IMG/VR virus record: IMGVR_UViG_3300026299_000088 | Coordinates: 1 to 46,695 of that record | Length of the DNA: 46,695 nt | From: a virus | Reading direction: 5' to 3' (one strand) | In this document: one piece after another, positions 18,115 to 27,365 of the stretch | Layout of the letters: every line of letters begins with the position of its first letter | Numbering within the stretch: the first letter of the stretch is position 1 | Made by a program: the position numbers and the translations under genes | The notes under the pieces: generated by a model | Told to the model about the DNA's origin: nothing | Databases searched by the model: none | The model's input: the letters and a program-made list of their open reading frames with translations, nothing else

Positions 18115-18896
18115 TACCGCAGCAGCCTCAGCAGTTGATCGAGGGGAGTGGGTTCGTTCGGCCCATCGGCCGAGGGGGAAGTCGCGCCGAAGGGCAGCGC
18201 TTCAGGCAGCGGGGTTGGTGCTGGCATCGATGACGGGAGGGTGTAGACGGGCGCGCGTACCGCGGGCACAGGCGCGGTGGGCGCCTGCGGCGGCGCGAAG
18301 GTCCAGGCCGGTGTGGCGGGCGCCGCGTGTGACGGCGCGAATGCGAACGGCGCATAGGCCGTGGCCTGTGCAGGAGGCTGCGGCGGTGATGGCGGCGTAG
18401 CGGCGTGCGGCGCTGTCTGCGGTGCGGATGCCGGCAACGTACTGCCGCCGCGTCGCGCGAACTCCGCCAGCACCTGCGCCTTGGTCTTGCCGTGCAGGTG
18501 CGGGTTGTCGCGGTAGGCGCGCGCCGACACCAGCGACCGCATCGGCGTCGTATCCGGTGCCCCGAGAATCTTCGCCGCGCCCATTGCGCCGAAGTGATGC
18601 GCGAGATAGAGGTTGCCCGGCGTCGCCGCGTAGCCGGCGCTCGCCAGCTGCCGCGTGCTGTCGCGGTCGTACAGCGCGACCATCTGGTCGGAGACGGCAC
18701 CGTCGCGGCGCTTGTCGAGGATCTGCGCCTGCGTGAGCCCCTCCGCCCACGACGGCTTGTACTGGCGGACCAGGCCGAGCCAGGTCGAGGCAAGGAACTG
18801 GTGCTTGCCCAGCGCGCCGGTGCGCGGGTTGTAGGCGTTGTCGTTGCCACCGGACTCCAGCCGGGTCCGGAAGGCGTCGTAGGCGGGGTCGGTCAT
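18114..18896 (-). CDS. Virion lytic transglycosylase/lysozyme-like ejection protein
   Basis: LESGGN..AYNP..ALGKHQFLASTW and LYLAHHFG motifs; Pro/Ala-rich tail; coupled at both ends. Confidence 0.85.
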   Translation of the reverse strand: MTDPAYDAFRTRLESGGNDNAYNPRTGALGKHQFLASTWLGLVRQYKPSWAEGLTQAQILDKRRDGAVSDQMVALYDRDSTRQLASAGYAATPGNLYLAHHFGAMGAAKILGAPDTTPMRSLVSARAYRDNPHLHGKTKAQVLAEFARRGGSTLPASAPQTAPHAATPPSPPQPPAQATAYAPFAFAPSHAAPATPAWTFAPPQAPTAPVPAVRAPVYTLPSSMPAPTPLPEALPFGATSPSADGPNEPTPLDQLLRLLR

Positions 18897-20539
18897 GGCG
18901 ACACCGGCCCGCGGTAGGGCGCGGTCCCGTAGGTCGGCAGGGTGATGCCGTAGGCGGTCGTGGCCGGTGCAGGCACGGGCGCGGTCCGGCGCTTGCGGTC
19001 GGCGCCGTCTTCCTGCTGTGCACGTCGGTAGGTGTCGCGCGCCGCGAGCAGCGCCTGGCGGGCCTGCGCTTCGGCCTGCGCATAGCGCTCGACCGCGACG
19101 CGGCGATCCACGCCCTGCCCGCTCTCCAGATACCTCGCCTGCGACTGCCGCGCTTCCTTCAGCGCCGCATCGGCGGTGCGCCAGCGCTCGGCGGCGTCGC
19201 GGTAGGTCTCCAGCGCATCCGCCGTCCGCGGTTGGCTCCGCTCACGCTTGAGGGTGCCGGTGCCGGGATCGATCTGCACATCGGGTGCAGCGGGTACCGA
19301 TGCGAGGGCGCGCGGTGCCGGCTTGGTGGGCGCGGCCGGGGTCGCCGCATCGGCGGCCGAGCGATAGACGTGGACCGCGCGATCGGTCGGCGCGGGCGCG
19401 GCAGCAGCGACAGGGATGGCGGCAGGAGGCGTCGCGGGCAATGCGCCAGTGGCGCCGGCCGGCGATGCCTTCGCGCCGAACCCGAGGGCGTCGGCGGCCG
19501 GCAACGTGCCTGCGGTCGGTGCGGCCACCTCGCCCGGTCGCCCAACACCGAACAGCGAAGCGAGTTCGCGCGTCGCCTCGTCGCGCTGCTGTTGCAGCGA
19601 AGCCCGCTCGGCGTCGTCGAACGCGCTGACCAGCGCCTTGTCCAGCGTCTGGATGCGATGTTCGAGGACGGTCTTCTGGCTCTCTTGCGCAGGCGTGAGC
19701 GTGGTGCTGCCGCGGGTGGCCGCATCGGTGTAGTGCTGCAACGGAGTCGGCTGCTGGGCGGTGAGGGTTTGCAGCAGCGCCGCGGCCGAGGCCGCCGGCA
19801 TCGTCGGATAGGCGTGGCCCTGCGCATCGGTGTAGGTGATCTGCCCGGCGGCATCCTTTGCGACCTGGCCGAGCCCCGCTGTGCGCAGCAACGCATTGGC
19901 CGTATCGACGTTGCCGGCGAGCAGCGCTGAACTGGCGTTGGCATAGAGGCCGCTGGCGTAGGGCGCGCCGTACTGCCCGGCGACACCCTGCGCGCCCGGC
20001 CACGCACCCGCCGCCCGCTGCGCGGCCTGGGCCGACTGCAGCGGGTCGGCGCGTGATCCGGCGGCATCGCGCGCCGCGGCATCGGCCACCGGGTTCTGGT
20101 AGCGCATGTCCTCGGTCGCGTCGCGGGCACGCTGGTTGTCGGGCGTCCAGGCACGGCCCAGCGCATCGAGCGCGAGGCGGTTCTGTTCGTGGCCCAGTTG
20201 GTAGGCCGAGCCCTGCATCGCCTCCTGTGCCGGCAGCAACCGGCCCTGCATCTGCGCCTGGTCGGTATCGAGCCGCCACAGCGCGCCTTGCCGGGTCTCG
20301 TAGGCAGGCAGCAGACGGGTGTCCGCTTCCGACCGGCGCGCGCCGTAGACGTTGCCGGCATTGGTCCGGTCCAGCGTCGTCTGGTGGGTGTTGAATGCCA
20401 GGTCACTCGCCAGCCCGAGCGTGAAGGCGCGCTGGCGGGCTTCCGCCTGCCGAGCCGACGCTTCGTCGAGCTGCTGCAACCACTGTGCGGAACTGGCGCT
20501 GGCGCGATCGAGGATCGCGAGCGGGTCGTAGGTCGGCAT
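18893..20539 (-). CDS. Putative internal virion (ejection) protein
   Basis: Ala/Gln-rich helical protein located between the tail genes and the transglycosylase; ATGA overlap. Confidence 0.6.
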   Translation of the reverse strand: MPTYDPLAILDRASASSAQWLQQLDEASARQAEARQRAFTLGLASDLAFNTHQTTLDRTNAGNVYGARRSEADTRLLPAYETRQGALWRLDTDQAQMQGRLLPAQEAMQGSAYQLGHEQNRLALDALGRAWTPDNQRARDATEDMRYQNPVADAAARDAAGSRADPLQSAQAAQRAAGAWPGAQGVAGQYGAPYASGLYANASSALLAGNVDTANALLRTAGLGQVAKDAAGQITYTDAQGHAYPTMPAASAAALLQTLTAQQPTPLQHYTDAATRGSTTLTPAQESQKTVLEHRIQTLDKALVSAFDDAERASLQQQRDEATRELASLFGVGRPGEVAAPTAGTLPAADALGFGAKASPAGATGALPATPPAAIPVAAAAPAPTDRAVHVYRSAADAATPAAPTKPAPRALASVPAAPDVQIDPGTGTLKRERSQPRTADALETYRDAAERWRTADAALKEARQSQARYLESGQGVDRRVAVERYAQAEAQARQALLAARDTYRRAQQEDGADRKRRTAPVPAPATTAYGITLPTYGTAPYRGPVSP

Positions 20540-20562
20540 GGGATCGCCTGCTGGAGAGGGGA

Positions 20563-21873
20563 TTACGCGAAGGGCGCCATCCGCGCGGCGAGGCCGCGGG
20601 CGTCACGCAGATTGAGCAAGGTGTCGTCGTCGGGCGCTTCGCCCCCGAACCCGCCGGCCAGTCCGGGCAGGCCGTGGGCGAGCATCGCCGTCCCCATGCC
20701 GAACGATTGCAGGCTGTTCGCCCGCGACTGCTGCATCAGGTACCCCGAGAAGCGCCCGAAACTCGCCTGCAGCGCGCCGTAGTAGCCGCTCATGCCGCCC
20801 AGCAGCCCTTCGTTCGCGGCGCCGATCGCGGCCGTCGCCGCACGCATGTCGCCGGTCGCACTCGCCTGCAAGCTGCGGCCGATGTTGAACATCTGCAATT
20901 TGCGATTGAACTGCACGTCGTCGCGACGCCACGCCTGCAACTCCTCGTAGCGCCAGGCGTGGTTCACGGCATCGACTTCGGTGCGCGCCCACTCGGTGTG
21001 GACCTCGCGCAGCAAGTTCGCGTTGGCGCCAGCGCAGTAGCGCGTGAGCTTGCGGTTCAGGCCCGTGATCGCTTTGCCAAAGGCGCGCCCCGCATCGTTG
21101 CGTGCGCGGCCCATGTGCAACTCGTACTGCGGCACGTAGCGCGGGTCTGCGGCGACCTGGGCCATCGTCGCGTCTTCGACCGGCGCGAAGATCGTGGCGT
21201 ACCGGCAATACTCCTTCTCGGCCATCACCAGTTGGCGGTTGGCGAGCGCGGCCTGGTCGTTGGCGATCGAGCGCACCAGGTCGCGCTGCTTGCTGGCGAT
21301 GTAGTTGTCGATGGCGATCTGAATCGCGATCTGGCCGATGGCCTTCACGCCCACGCTGTCGAGTTGCTGCTTGTAGGCCAGTTCCGCCAGATACCGGTCG
21401 CGGCCGGCGGCCGGGTTCGGGGTGACGTGGATCGAGGGCTGGGCGAGGTACGCCAGCAGCGCGCCGAGGCCGGCGCCGACGATCGTGCTCGTCACCTGGC
21501 TATTACCGTCCGGATCGCCCGGCACCACTTCGACGTTACCCGTGTCGCAGTTGTAGCGCGGCAGGGTCTGCCCGAAGCCGGCATAGTCGTCATCGTTGAG
21601 CATCCAGCCGAGCAGTCCGCCGATGCCCGCGCCGGCGAGGATCGTCCCCCATGAGATCGTGCCGGGCAGCATGGTCGGCAGCGTCGGGTTGTAGATGACC
21701 TCGCGGATCTGCTGGTTGATGTCCTGCCGCTGGTTCGACTCGGCGTTGATCCAGGCGTTGACGGCGGAGGTGTTGTCGTTCTGGACGAGGTTGCGATGCT
21801 GGAGCATCGACATGTACGCCGCGTCCATGAACGACGCGCCACCCCAGTTGGTGACGAGGACCGCGGTCGCCAT
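20563..21873 (-). CDS. Putative internal virion (ejection) protein with two glycine-zipper hydrophobic segments
   Basis: Start re-called at MATAVLVTNWGG (TGATG overlap at 21873). Contains ILAGAGIGGLLGWML and IVGAGLGALLAYLA, plus a coiled-coil-like C-terminal half. Confidence 0.65.
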   Translation of the reverse strand: MATAVLVTNWGGASFMDAAYMSMLQHRNLVQNDNTSAVNAWINAESNQRQDINQQIREVIYNPTLPTMLPGTISWGTILAGAGIGGLLGWMLNDDDYAGFGQTLPRYNCDTGNVEVVPGDPDGNSQVTSTIVGAGLGALLAYLAQPSIHVTPNPAAGRDRYLAELAYKQQLDSVGVKAIGQIAIQIAIDNYIASKQRDLVRSIANDQAALANRQLVMAEKEYCRYATIFAPVEDATMAQVAADPRYVPQYELHMGRARNDAGRAFGKAITGLNRKLTRYCAGANANLLREVHTEWARTEVDAVNHAWRYEELQAWRRDDVQFNRKLQMFNIGRSLQASATGDMRAATAAIGAANEGLLGGMSGYYGALQASFGRFSGYLMQQSRANSLQSFGMGTAMLAHGLPGLAGGFGGEAPDDDTLLNLRDARGLAARMAPFA

Positions 21874-22331
21874 CAGCCGATCTTCTTGCTGTACGCCGAA
21901 GTCGCGGCGCGGAAGCCGATCAGCATCGGCATGCCGCAGCCGGGCGCGAGTTCCACGCGGAGCTGGGTCGCCTGACGCTCCTTGGCCCAGACCTCGAAGT
22001 CGGCGACGAGTTCGGTCGCCGTCGTGGCGGTCACGCCCTCGCCCGCCGCGTCGACCATCAGCAGCGGCGCGTGCGCCTGCACCTCGCCGTCGAGCGGCGC
22101 AAGGGCGTTGTAGCCCATCAGCACCCCGACCGGCACGCCGGCGTCGTTGATCGCGGCCCCGACGTACATCGAGATGCCGCCCGCACCGGCCAGCACCGGC
22201 ACCAGGGCGCGGACGATGCCCGCCTCGCTCGGCGTCGCCTCCGGGTCCAGCGCCAGTACGTACTGGCGTACCAGTGCGACCAGCGCGTCGGCCATGCTCA
22301 GGGGGATGTCGTTGTTGCGTTTGATCTGCAT
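21873..22331 (-). CDS. GNAT-fold protein of the virion assembly module
   Basis: SD GGAGG. VPVGVLMG..LMVD..ELVADFEVWAKERQATQLRV..IGF fits GNAT topology; position before the ejection genes is common in podophages. Confidence 0.65.
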   Translation of the reverse strand: MQIKRNNDIPLSMADALVALVRQYVLALDPEATPSEAGIVRALVPVLAGAGGISMYVGAAINDAGVPVGVLMGYNALAPLDGEVQAHAPLLMVDAAGEGVTATTATELVADFEVWAKERQATQLRVELAPGCGMPMLIGFRAATSAYSKKIG

Positions 22332-22348
22332 GAAACCTCCAGAAACGA

Positions 22349-22378
22349 CAAGGCCCGCGCGTTTCCGGGCGGGCCTTG
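22349..22378 (-). terminator. GC-rich hairpin (weak terminator or regulatory stem) just upstream of the GNAT gene RBS
   Basis: CAAGGCCCGC/GCGGGCCTTG 10-bp stem followed by TCGTTTCT on the minus strand. Confidence 0.5.
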
Positions 22379-22630
22379 GTTGAATTGAGGGATGAACCCA
22401 AGAATTTCATCGATTTTTTCGATTGAATTTCTCGAAATTTGACCAAATTAGCGCTTTCATCACGGCGCCATGAGAATCAAATATTTACGGAAGCCGTTTT
22501 GATTTTCGGACGAGTTTATAGACATTCCTCAACTCGTTCTGTCGATTGTTTTTTTTGAAATCGGAGATTTCACAATAGACAACGACATCATCTTCTGCTG
22601 CTATCGCCGCGCCCCCAGAAGGAACGAACC

Positions 22631-23329
22631 ATGTTGATCGCGCTCCACAACGGACGCCGAGTCCGCGCACACATCGCCGGCAGCGGCGCGCTCGGCACAT
22701 GCACTTGGACCGGTCTTCCGGTCAAGGCATGCGTCGGTGAAATCTTGCAGTATTGGGCCTACGTCGGCGGAGCGCCGAAGCTACCCGCAGGCTACGAGCC
22801 GGAAACCGAATGGCACGAGCAATGGAAGGCGACCATCGACGACGCCCACTGCGAAGTGGTCATGGGGCCGAACAACGAACATCGCGCCGACATCCTCGGT
22901 AGCGACAACACGGTCATCGAGATTCAGCACAGCCGCATCGACATCCGTGACTCGCGCGCTCGCGTGGACTTCTATCGAGCGCACACCGGTCGCCGCGTCA
23001 TCTGGGTCGTCGATATTCAGGAATTCTGGCGCAAGACCTTCACGCTCGGTCAACGCGACGACAAAGGACATCACCGCGTCGAATGGAATCCGCGCCGGAC
23101 GTGGCTATGGGACTTGGCCGCCGACACCGATACGAACTGCTTTCTGGAATTCAACCAGACGAGCGACAAGCTGCTGCAAGTCTGGGTGCATCAGAAAGCG
23201 CTCTACGCGAAGTATCTCCCGAAGCGCACGTTCTTCCAGCGCTACATGGACACCGTGGCGAAGCCCGAATACAGGGGCTATCCGCCAGAAGCAGAAGCAT
23301 TTCTCCGACATGCGCTCGCCAAGGAATAA
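22631..23329 (+). CDS. CoiA-like PD-(D/E)XK nuclease moron
   Basis: SD AGAAGGA. ETEWHEQWK..EHRADIL..VIEIQHSRI..R..FY..VIWVVD is the CoiA-type nuclease pattern. Opposite strand to the late operon, behind an AT-rich spacer. Confidence 0.75.
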   Translation: MLIALHNGRRVRAHIAGSGALGTCTWTGLPVKACVGEILQYWAYVGGAPKLPAGYEPETEWHEQWKATIDDAHCEVVMGPNNEHRADILGSDNTVIEIQHSRIDIRDSRARVDFYRAHTGRRVIWVVDIQEFWRKTFTLGQRDDKGHHRVEWNPRRTWLWDLAADTDTNCFLEFNQTSDKLLQVWVHQKALYAKYLPKRTFFQRYMDTVAKPEYRGYPPEAEAFLRHALAKE

Positions 23330-23463
23330 CGGGGTCAGCAAGGGCCGTGCCCGACGGCCGTCCGGGTTGAGCTGCCTACGGCCCCGAACCTGACCAGCAC
23401 AGGCTACAGCGCGACCGGGCGGAAAACTATCGGTCATTGCCGCACCACCGTGTCAGGGTTTTC

Positions 23464-25137
23464 CTACCCCACCGCCAGTTCGACAATGCTGCTGGCGACG
23501 TGAATTTCGCGCAGCGCGCCCTTGTCGGGCGATTCCGGCCGTTCGACCTCGATCTCGAATCCCAGATGCCGGCTCAGGTGCGGCAACCTGAAGGGACTGG
23601 AGTGCCGTAGCTGGCGCTCGAACCGCAGCCGGTCGTCGGTCCACAACCGGAACGTGGTCGCCGGGATTGCCTCCGCCCAGTCACCGCGGAACGGGTGTGC
23701 ATCCCACACCACTTTCGCCGCCGCCCAGTTCATGTGCCCCGGCGTCACCGTGCAGCGGGTTCGGTAGCGCAGCGGCAGGTAGGTCGGGCCAGCGTTCCAC
23801 TGGCCGATGCCGGTCGGCAACGTGAGGAACAGGTCGTCGGTGCGGCTGCGGTGCAGCGCGGTCGGCCGCAGCGATAGCGCGATCAGCCCCAACTGGCGTC
23901 CCGGGTAGATCGGGTCGGTCAGGTCGAGCATCCAGCCACTGTTCGCGGTGAACCCGAACCACAGGCCGTCGTGGACAGCGGCGAGCATCGTCTCCGGCTG
24001 CAGGGCCGCGAAGTCGTCCTCGCCCCAATACGCCTGGCTGACGCGCTGGCATTGGCGACCGAGCAACAGGACCAGCCCCTCGCGGCCGGCGTAGAGCGCG
24101 CCGCCGCTGGGCGTCGTCGCCATCGACCGGCGCGAGATGCAGGGCATGGGTTCGGGCATGCGGAATACCTCCCGCCGCCCCAGGTCGTCCGCCTGCGATG
24201 CAATCCAGTACGGGTGTCCGTCCGTGGCGACGTACAGCCCGCTGTCGGCCCAGGCCAGCGCGACGATGGTGTCGTCCAGGTGCAGGCGGTAGGCATCGGG
24301 CCACGCATGGAACTCGTGCGGTTCACAGACCCACAGGTCGCGACCAGCTGCGCCGGCCAGTTGCGTGCCATTCGGTTCGGCGACCAGATGCGTCAGCCCC
24401 TCCGGCGGGGGCGCGAACCGCATCGTCGTCAGCGGCTCGCCCAGGTCCAGATTCGGGAGTGCGTCGTTGACCCCGTTCACGGCCGCCGGGAATTCCCCGA
24501 CGAGGTGGAAGTCTTCCATGCGCGGCAAGCTGATCTGCTCGGCGCCTGCGTCGCTGGCAGTCAGCCGGTACAGCCGTACCGCCTGCACGTCCCAACCGCC
24601 CATGGGGGCGCTGTCCCACTGCACCAGGACGGCGGCGCCGTCGTCGATCCCGAAACGCGCGCTCGGCAGCGACGGCGGGCCTTCGTTGCCGAACCGATCC
24701 ACGTAGGTGACGACATACGCGCGGTACTCGCTGCGCTGGTCGTTCGGCCCGGCCCAGCTTGGCTGTGCGCTGGGGATAGCGATCGGCGGCGTCGGCACGG
24801 GCAAGCCCAAGCGCGACCAGCGACCAGCCACGGCGTCTGCCGCATCGGCCCATACCGGGACACGCAGGTCCTCGCCGACCGCGATCACGCGCGGGCATCC
24901 GGGCACGCCGGACACCAGATCATCGACGCCGGGCAGGACGATCCAGCCTGCTCCAGTGTGAAAGATCGTGCGATGCGGTGCGCCGCGCGGGTCAACAAGC
25001 AGCGGCGCGCGATACGCCTCAATGGTACCGTGCCACAGGTTGACGTTTTCGACCCAAGTCGCTTCGTTGCCTTGCACTAGCGTTCGCTGGACGCGCGGGC
25101 GCATTCCTCCAAACGAGGAAAACTGAAGAGAAGGCAT
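23464..25137 (-). CDS. Podophage tail nozzle/stabilisation protein
   Basis: Start re-called at MPSLQFSSFGGMRPR. RAYVVTYVDRFGNEGPPS, PHEFHAWPDAY, CISRRS and FRLP motifs; beta-rich; follows the adaptor genes. Confidence 0.75.
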   Translation of the reverse strand: MPSLQFSSFGGMRPRVQRTLVQGNEATWVENVNLWHGTIEAYRAPLLVDPRGAPHRTIFHTGAGWIVLPGVDDLVSGVPGCPRVIAVGEDLRVPVWADAADAVAGRWSRLGLPVPTPPIAIPSAQPSWAGPNDQRSEYRAYVVTYVDRFGNEGPPSLPSARFGIDDGAAVLVQWDSAPMGGWDVQAVRLYRLTASDAGAEQISLPRMEDFHLVGEFPAAVNGVNDALPNLDLGEPLTTMRFAPPPEGLTHLVAEPNGTQLAGAAGRDLWVCEPHEFHAWPDAYRLHLDDTIVALAWADSGLYVATDGHPYWIASQADDLGRREVFRMPEPMPCISRRSMATTPSGGALYAGREGLVLLLGRQCQRVSQAYWGEDDFAALQPETMLAAVHDGLWFGFTANSGWMLDLTDPIYPGRQLGLIALSLRPTALHRSRTDDLFLTLPTGIGQWNAGPTYLPLRYRTRCTVTPGHMNWAAAKVVWDAHPFRGDWAEAIPATTFRLWTDDRLRFERQLRHSSPFRLPHLSRHLGFEIEVERPESPDKGALREIHVASSIVELAVG

Positions 25138-25222
25138 ATTTTCTGGATGCAAAGGCTTTTCAGAATGGATCAGCGCATCGCCCATAGCGCGCGCCAACAC
25201 TTCTTCTTAACAGAAGGAGCAT

Positions 25223-26392
25223 TCACTTTACGACCCAATCACCAGCTTCGGTGTAATTAAACGACCTCAAGAATCCGGCCGACTGCCACACCAAGTCAAA
25301 CAACGGGCGCAGTGCAGTGGCAGCAGGCGCACCCGCTGGCAACAAGACATCAGGCAGCACCAAATATGCGCGATCAAACGCACCCATCTCTTCTGTCAGA
25401 TGAAGTCGAGCAGGCTCAAGAGAAAAACGAACTCGGTTAGCACCGACAATAGAAAGCATGGCAGTCATCTCCTGGCCGACACCAAGATGCTCATACTCTT
25501 CCCTGAGATAGCCAAGGTGCTGGATTATCGAATTTTCGTAGTAGTAGCTCGGCAGCCACGCAACACCATTCTCATCAACATCAAGAACCATGACAGACTC
25601 AAAAAAACCATTCCGAAACATCAATGAATAGTCTGACGTTTTCCGGTTTCGATTTGCCCTATAGGCCAAAGCGCCATCCGCATTTGGCATAGGATTCCAG
25701 CCTCCATGCCCCATAACACGAAGATGGCGCTCTCCCTGCATGTAGATCCGCGGATCGATCTGCACCAACCCCAACGCCGCCTGGGTCGGCACGAAATGAA
25801 CGACCAGCACAGGACCATGAACAAGCGGCCTCGGCGTTTCTTCAGCGATGATCTTTCCGAGCCTCTCGGTCCTGAAATCCCGAATGTGCTGCGCCTGCTT
25901 TTCTGACCGCAGGAACAATGCACGAATTTCAGGAATGTCAAGCTGTCTTTTGCGGCCATACTCACGCGTAAAAAAGTGCTGGCTGCCCTTGGTCTTCAGG
26001 CGGTGCGGCCCGGCCCAGCTTTGCGGCACGCGGATAACCAAAACGAACCCACCGTCAACATCCACTGGCTGGATTTGCAGACCGGGAATGCGAGGCTCGA
26101 TGCTGTCCGAAAGCCAGCTCTGCAATCGGAGTACCTCATCGTCCTTGTTCCCTTGCTGTGGCACGATCGCCGTAGCCCGCCCCTCTCCATCCTCATCAAT
26201 GCCATAGATCAGGTCGCCACCAGAGCTATTCGCGAACGCGGATACATCGGCAAGGAACTCCTGCCGACTCTTGTCATCTCCGCTCGGAAGCTGGCGCTTG
26301 AACTCTTGGTAGATCGTTTCTTCGGCTTGAGCAGCGACGAGCGCACGAATGTAGCTCTCATTGATCTGCGAAAGATTGTGCGGAAGGATCAT
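25223..26392 (-). CDS. Schlafen/AlbA_2-domain protein (candidate anti-phage RNase) with uncharacterised C-terminal domain
   Basis: EETIYQEFKR..DVSAFANSSGGDLIYGIDED..IEPRI..VLVIRVPQS..PH signature; visibly lower GC than the flanks. Confidence 0.85.
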   Translation of the reverse strand: MILPHNLSQINESYIRALVAAQAEETIYQEFKRQLPSGDDKSRQEFLADVSAFANSSGGDLIYGIDEDGEGRATAIVPQQGNKDDEVLRLQSWLSDSIEPRIPGLQIQPVDVDGGFVLVIRVPQSWAGPHRLKTKGSQHFFTREYGRKRQLDIPEIRALFLRSEKQAQHIRDFRTERLGKIIAEETPRPLVHGPVLVVHFVPTQAALGLVQIDPRIYMQGERHLRVMGHGGWNPMPNADGALAYRANRNRKTSDYSLMFRNGFFESVMVLDVDENGVAWLPSYYYENSIIQHLGYLREEYEHLGVGQEMTAMLSIVGANRVRFSLEPARLHLTEEMGAFDRAYLVLPDVLLPAGAPAATALRPLFDLVWQSAGFLRSFNYTEAGDWVVK

Positions 26393-26417
26393 GCAACTAC
26401 TTCCAAAGTTGTTGTCG

Positions 26418-26447
26418 AAAAGCGGCGCACCTTCATGGCGCGCCGCT
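26418..26447 (-). terminator. Weak intrinsic terminator between the partner gene and the Schlafen gene
   Basis: Minus strand AGCGGCGCGCC-ATGAA-GGTGCGCCGCT, ending in a TTTT run. Confidence 0.55.
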
Positions 26448-26474
26448 CATGCACACGACGTGGCATAGGTTCGG

Positions 26475-27230
26475 CTAGAGGATGAAGCTGCCAAAATCGG
26501 CATACCCAACCGGATCGGCCTTCGCATTTGCGACGCGGTCCAGCAACACCCGCCTGCAAGAAAATTGCTCTCCACTATCTTGTATCCAGACCCCAAGCCG
26601 CCTCTCCAGCCAGCCATGCGCAACGGCGCCGCCGTCTTCCAATCCTTCACAGCTATGTGGCTCTATCGTCGCATCCCGAGGATCAAGCATAACGTGGATG
26701 GACAATTCATCGCCGCTTGAACTATCAACGCTGGCAACCCCCGGGATACCACCATCAAACACGAAGCGATAGCTGCACCACACACTCCGGATCGTCACAG
26801 GGTCTGCACCAGGCCACCAATTCTGCCCGGGAGAGAGGCCGAAGAGCCGCTGTTCCAGTCCGGCATTGATTGCAGCCACCATCATGTTCCGCCATGCCAT
26901 CCAGCGAATCCTTCGCGGTCGCTGCAGAGGAAAACTCCGAAATGGCGTATAGGAACGATCAAGTTCCGGAAGAATTTTCAAGTCAGACGGTACATGCACA
27001 TAGCCAAGCTGGCGCAAGCGTTCTGCCAATCTGGCGTTACTAGGCTTCTCCGCAGAGGCCGTTGGTCGACCCTTGAGGGCTGCGCGCAATGCGGCATAAG
27101 TATTGAAGCCCAATGCCGAAGCCAAGCTTTCGCTCAGGTGTGCGGAAGAGACGCCAAGCAACTGGCGGCGTGTGACTTTCTTGAAGTGTTGAACGACAGC
27201 TTCAGAAACGAAATACGAAGACTGCGACAT
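26475..27230 (-). CDS. Hypothetical moron protein with an N-terminal helical (SH-x-x-E-x-x-A-x-x-x-GF-type, 'glyoxalase superfamily'-like) domain
   Basis: SSAHLSESLASALGFNTYAAL motif; SD GAGGA; own promoter and leader; lower GC. Confidence 0.6.
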   Translation of the reverse strand: MSQSSYFVSEAVVQHFKKVTRRQLLGVSSAHLSESLASALGFNTYAALRAALKGRPTASAEKPSNARLAERLRQLGYVHVPSDLKILPELDRSYTPFRSFPLQRPRRIRWMAWRNMMVAAINAGLEQRLFGLSPGQNWWPGADPVTIRSVWCSYRFVFDGGIPGVASVDSSSGDELSIHVMLDPRDATIEPHSCEGLEDGGAVAHGWLERRLGVWIQDSGEQFSCRRVLLDRVANAKADPVGYADFGSFIL

Positions 27231-27359
27231 GCCAGATTCCTCATGGAATTGGTCGATGTCTGCCGATTACGCACCGACCGAAGGAATGGGCACGGCCAAT
27301 GAATCATTCAATCAAGAGCGTCGTTTAACCCGGCAGCAGGTTGAGCGCGACGCGGCTAC
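27231..27359 (-). ncRNA. Candidate structured cis-regulatory leader RNA
   Basis: Stems GCGUCG/CGACGC, AACCUG/CGGGUU, GGUCGGUG/CAUCGACC and UUCCU/AGGAA (covers the SD). CUGCCG in hairpin 1 is complementary to CGGCAG in loop 2. Confidence 0.5.
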
Positions 27360-27365
27360 AGTTGA

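Noticed and set aside
21874..22446. N-terminal extension of the 627-aa ORF (similar extensions at 29717, 28992, 32680, 33557, 34128, 36296, 43561, 44826)
   Set aside because: The extensions overlap better-supported genes or leaders; internal starts have SDs or stop/start coupling.
22556..22572. GGA-loop hairpin as a CsrA site linking the csrA-like genes to the nuclease moron
   Set aside because: A single short site about 60 nt from the start codon; equally explicable as a DNA palindrome or chance.
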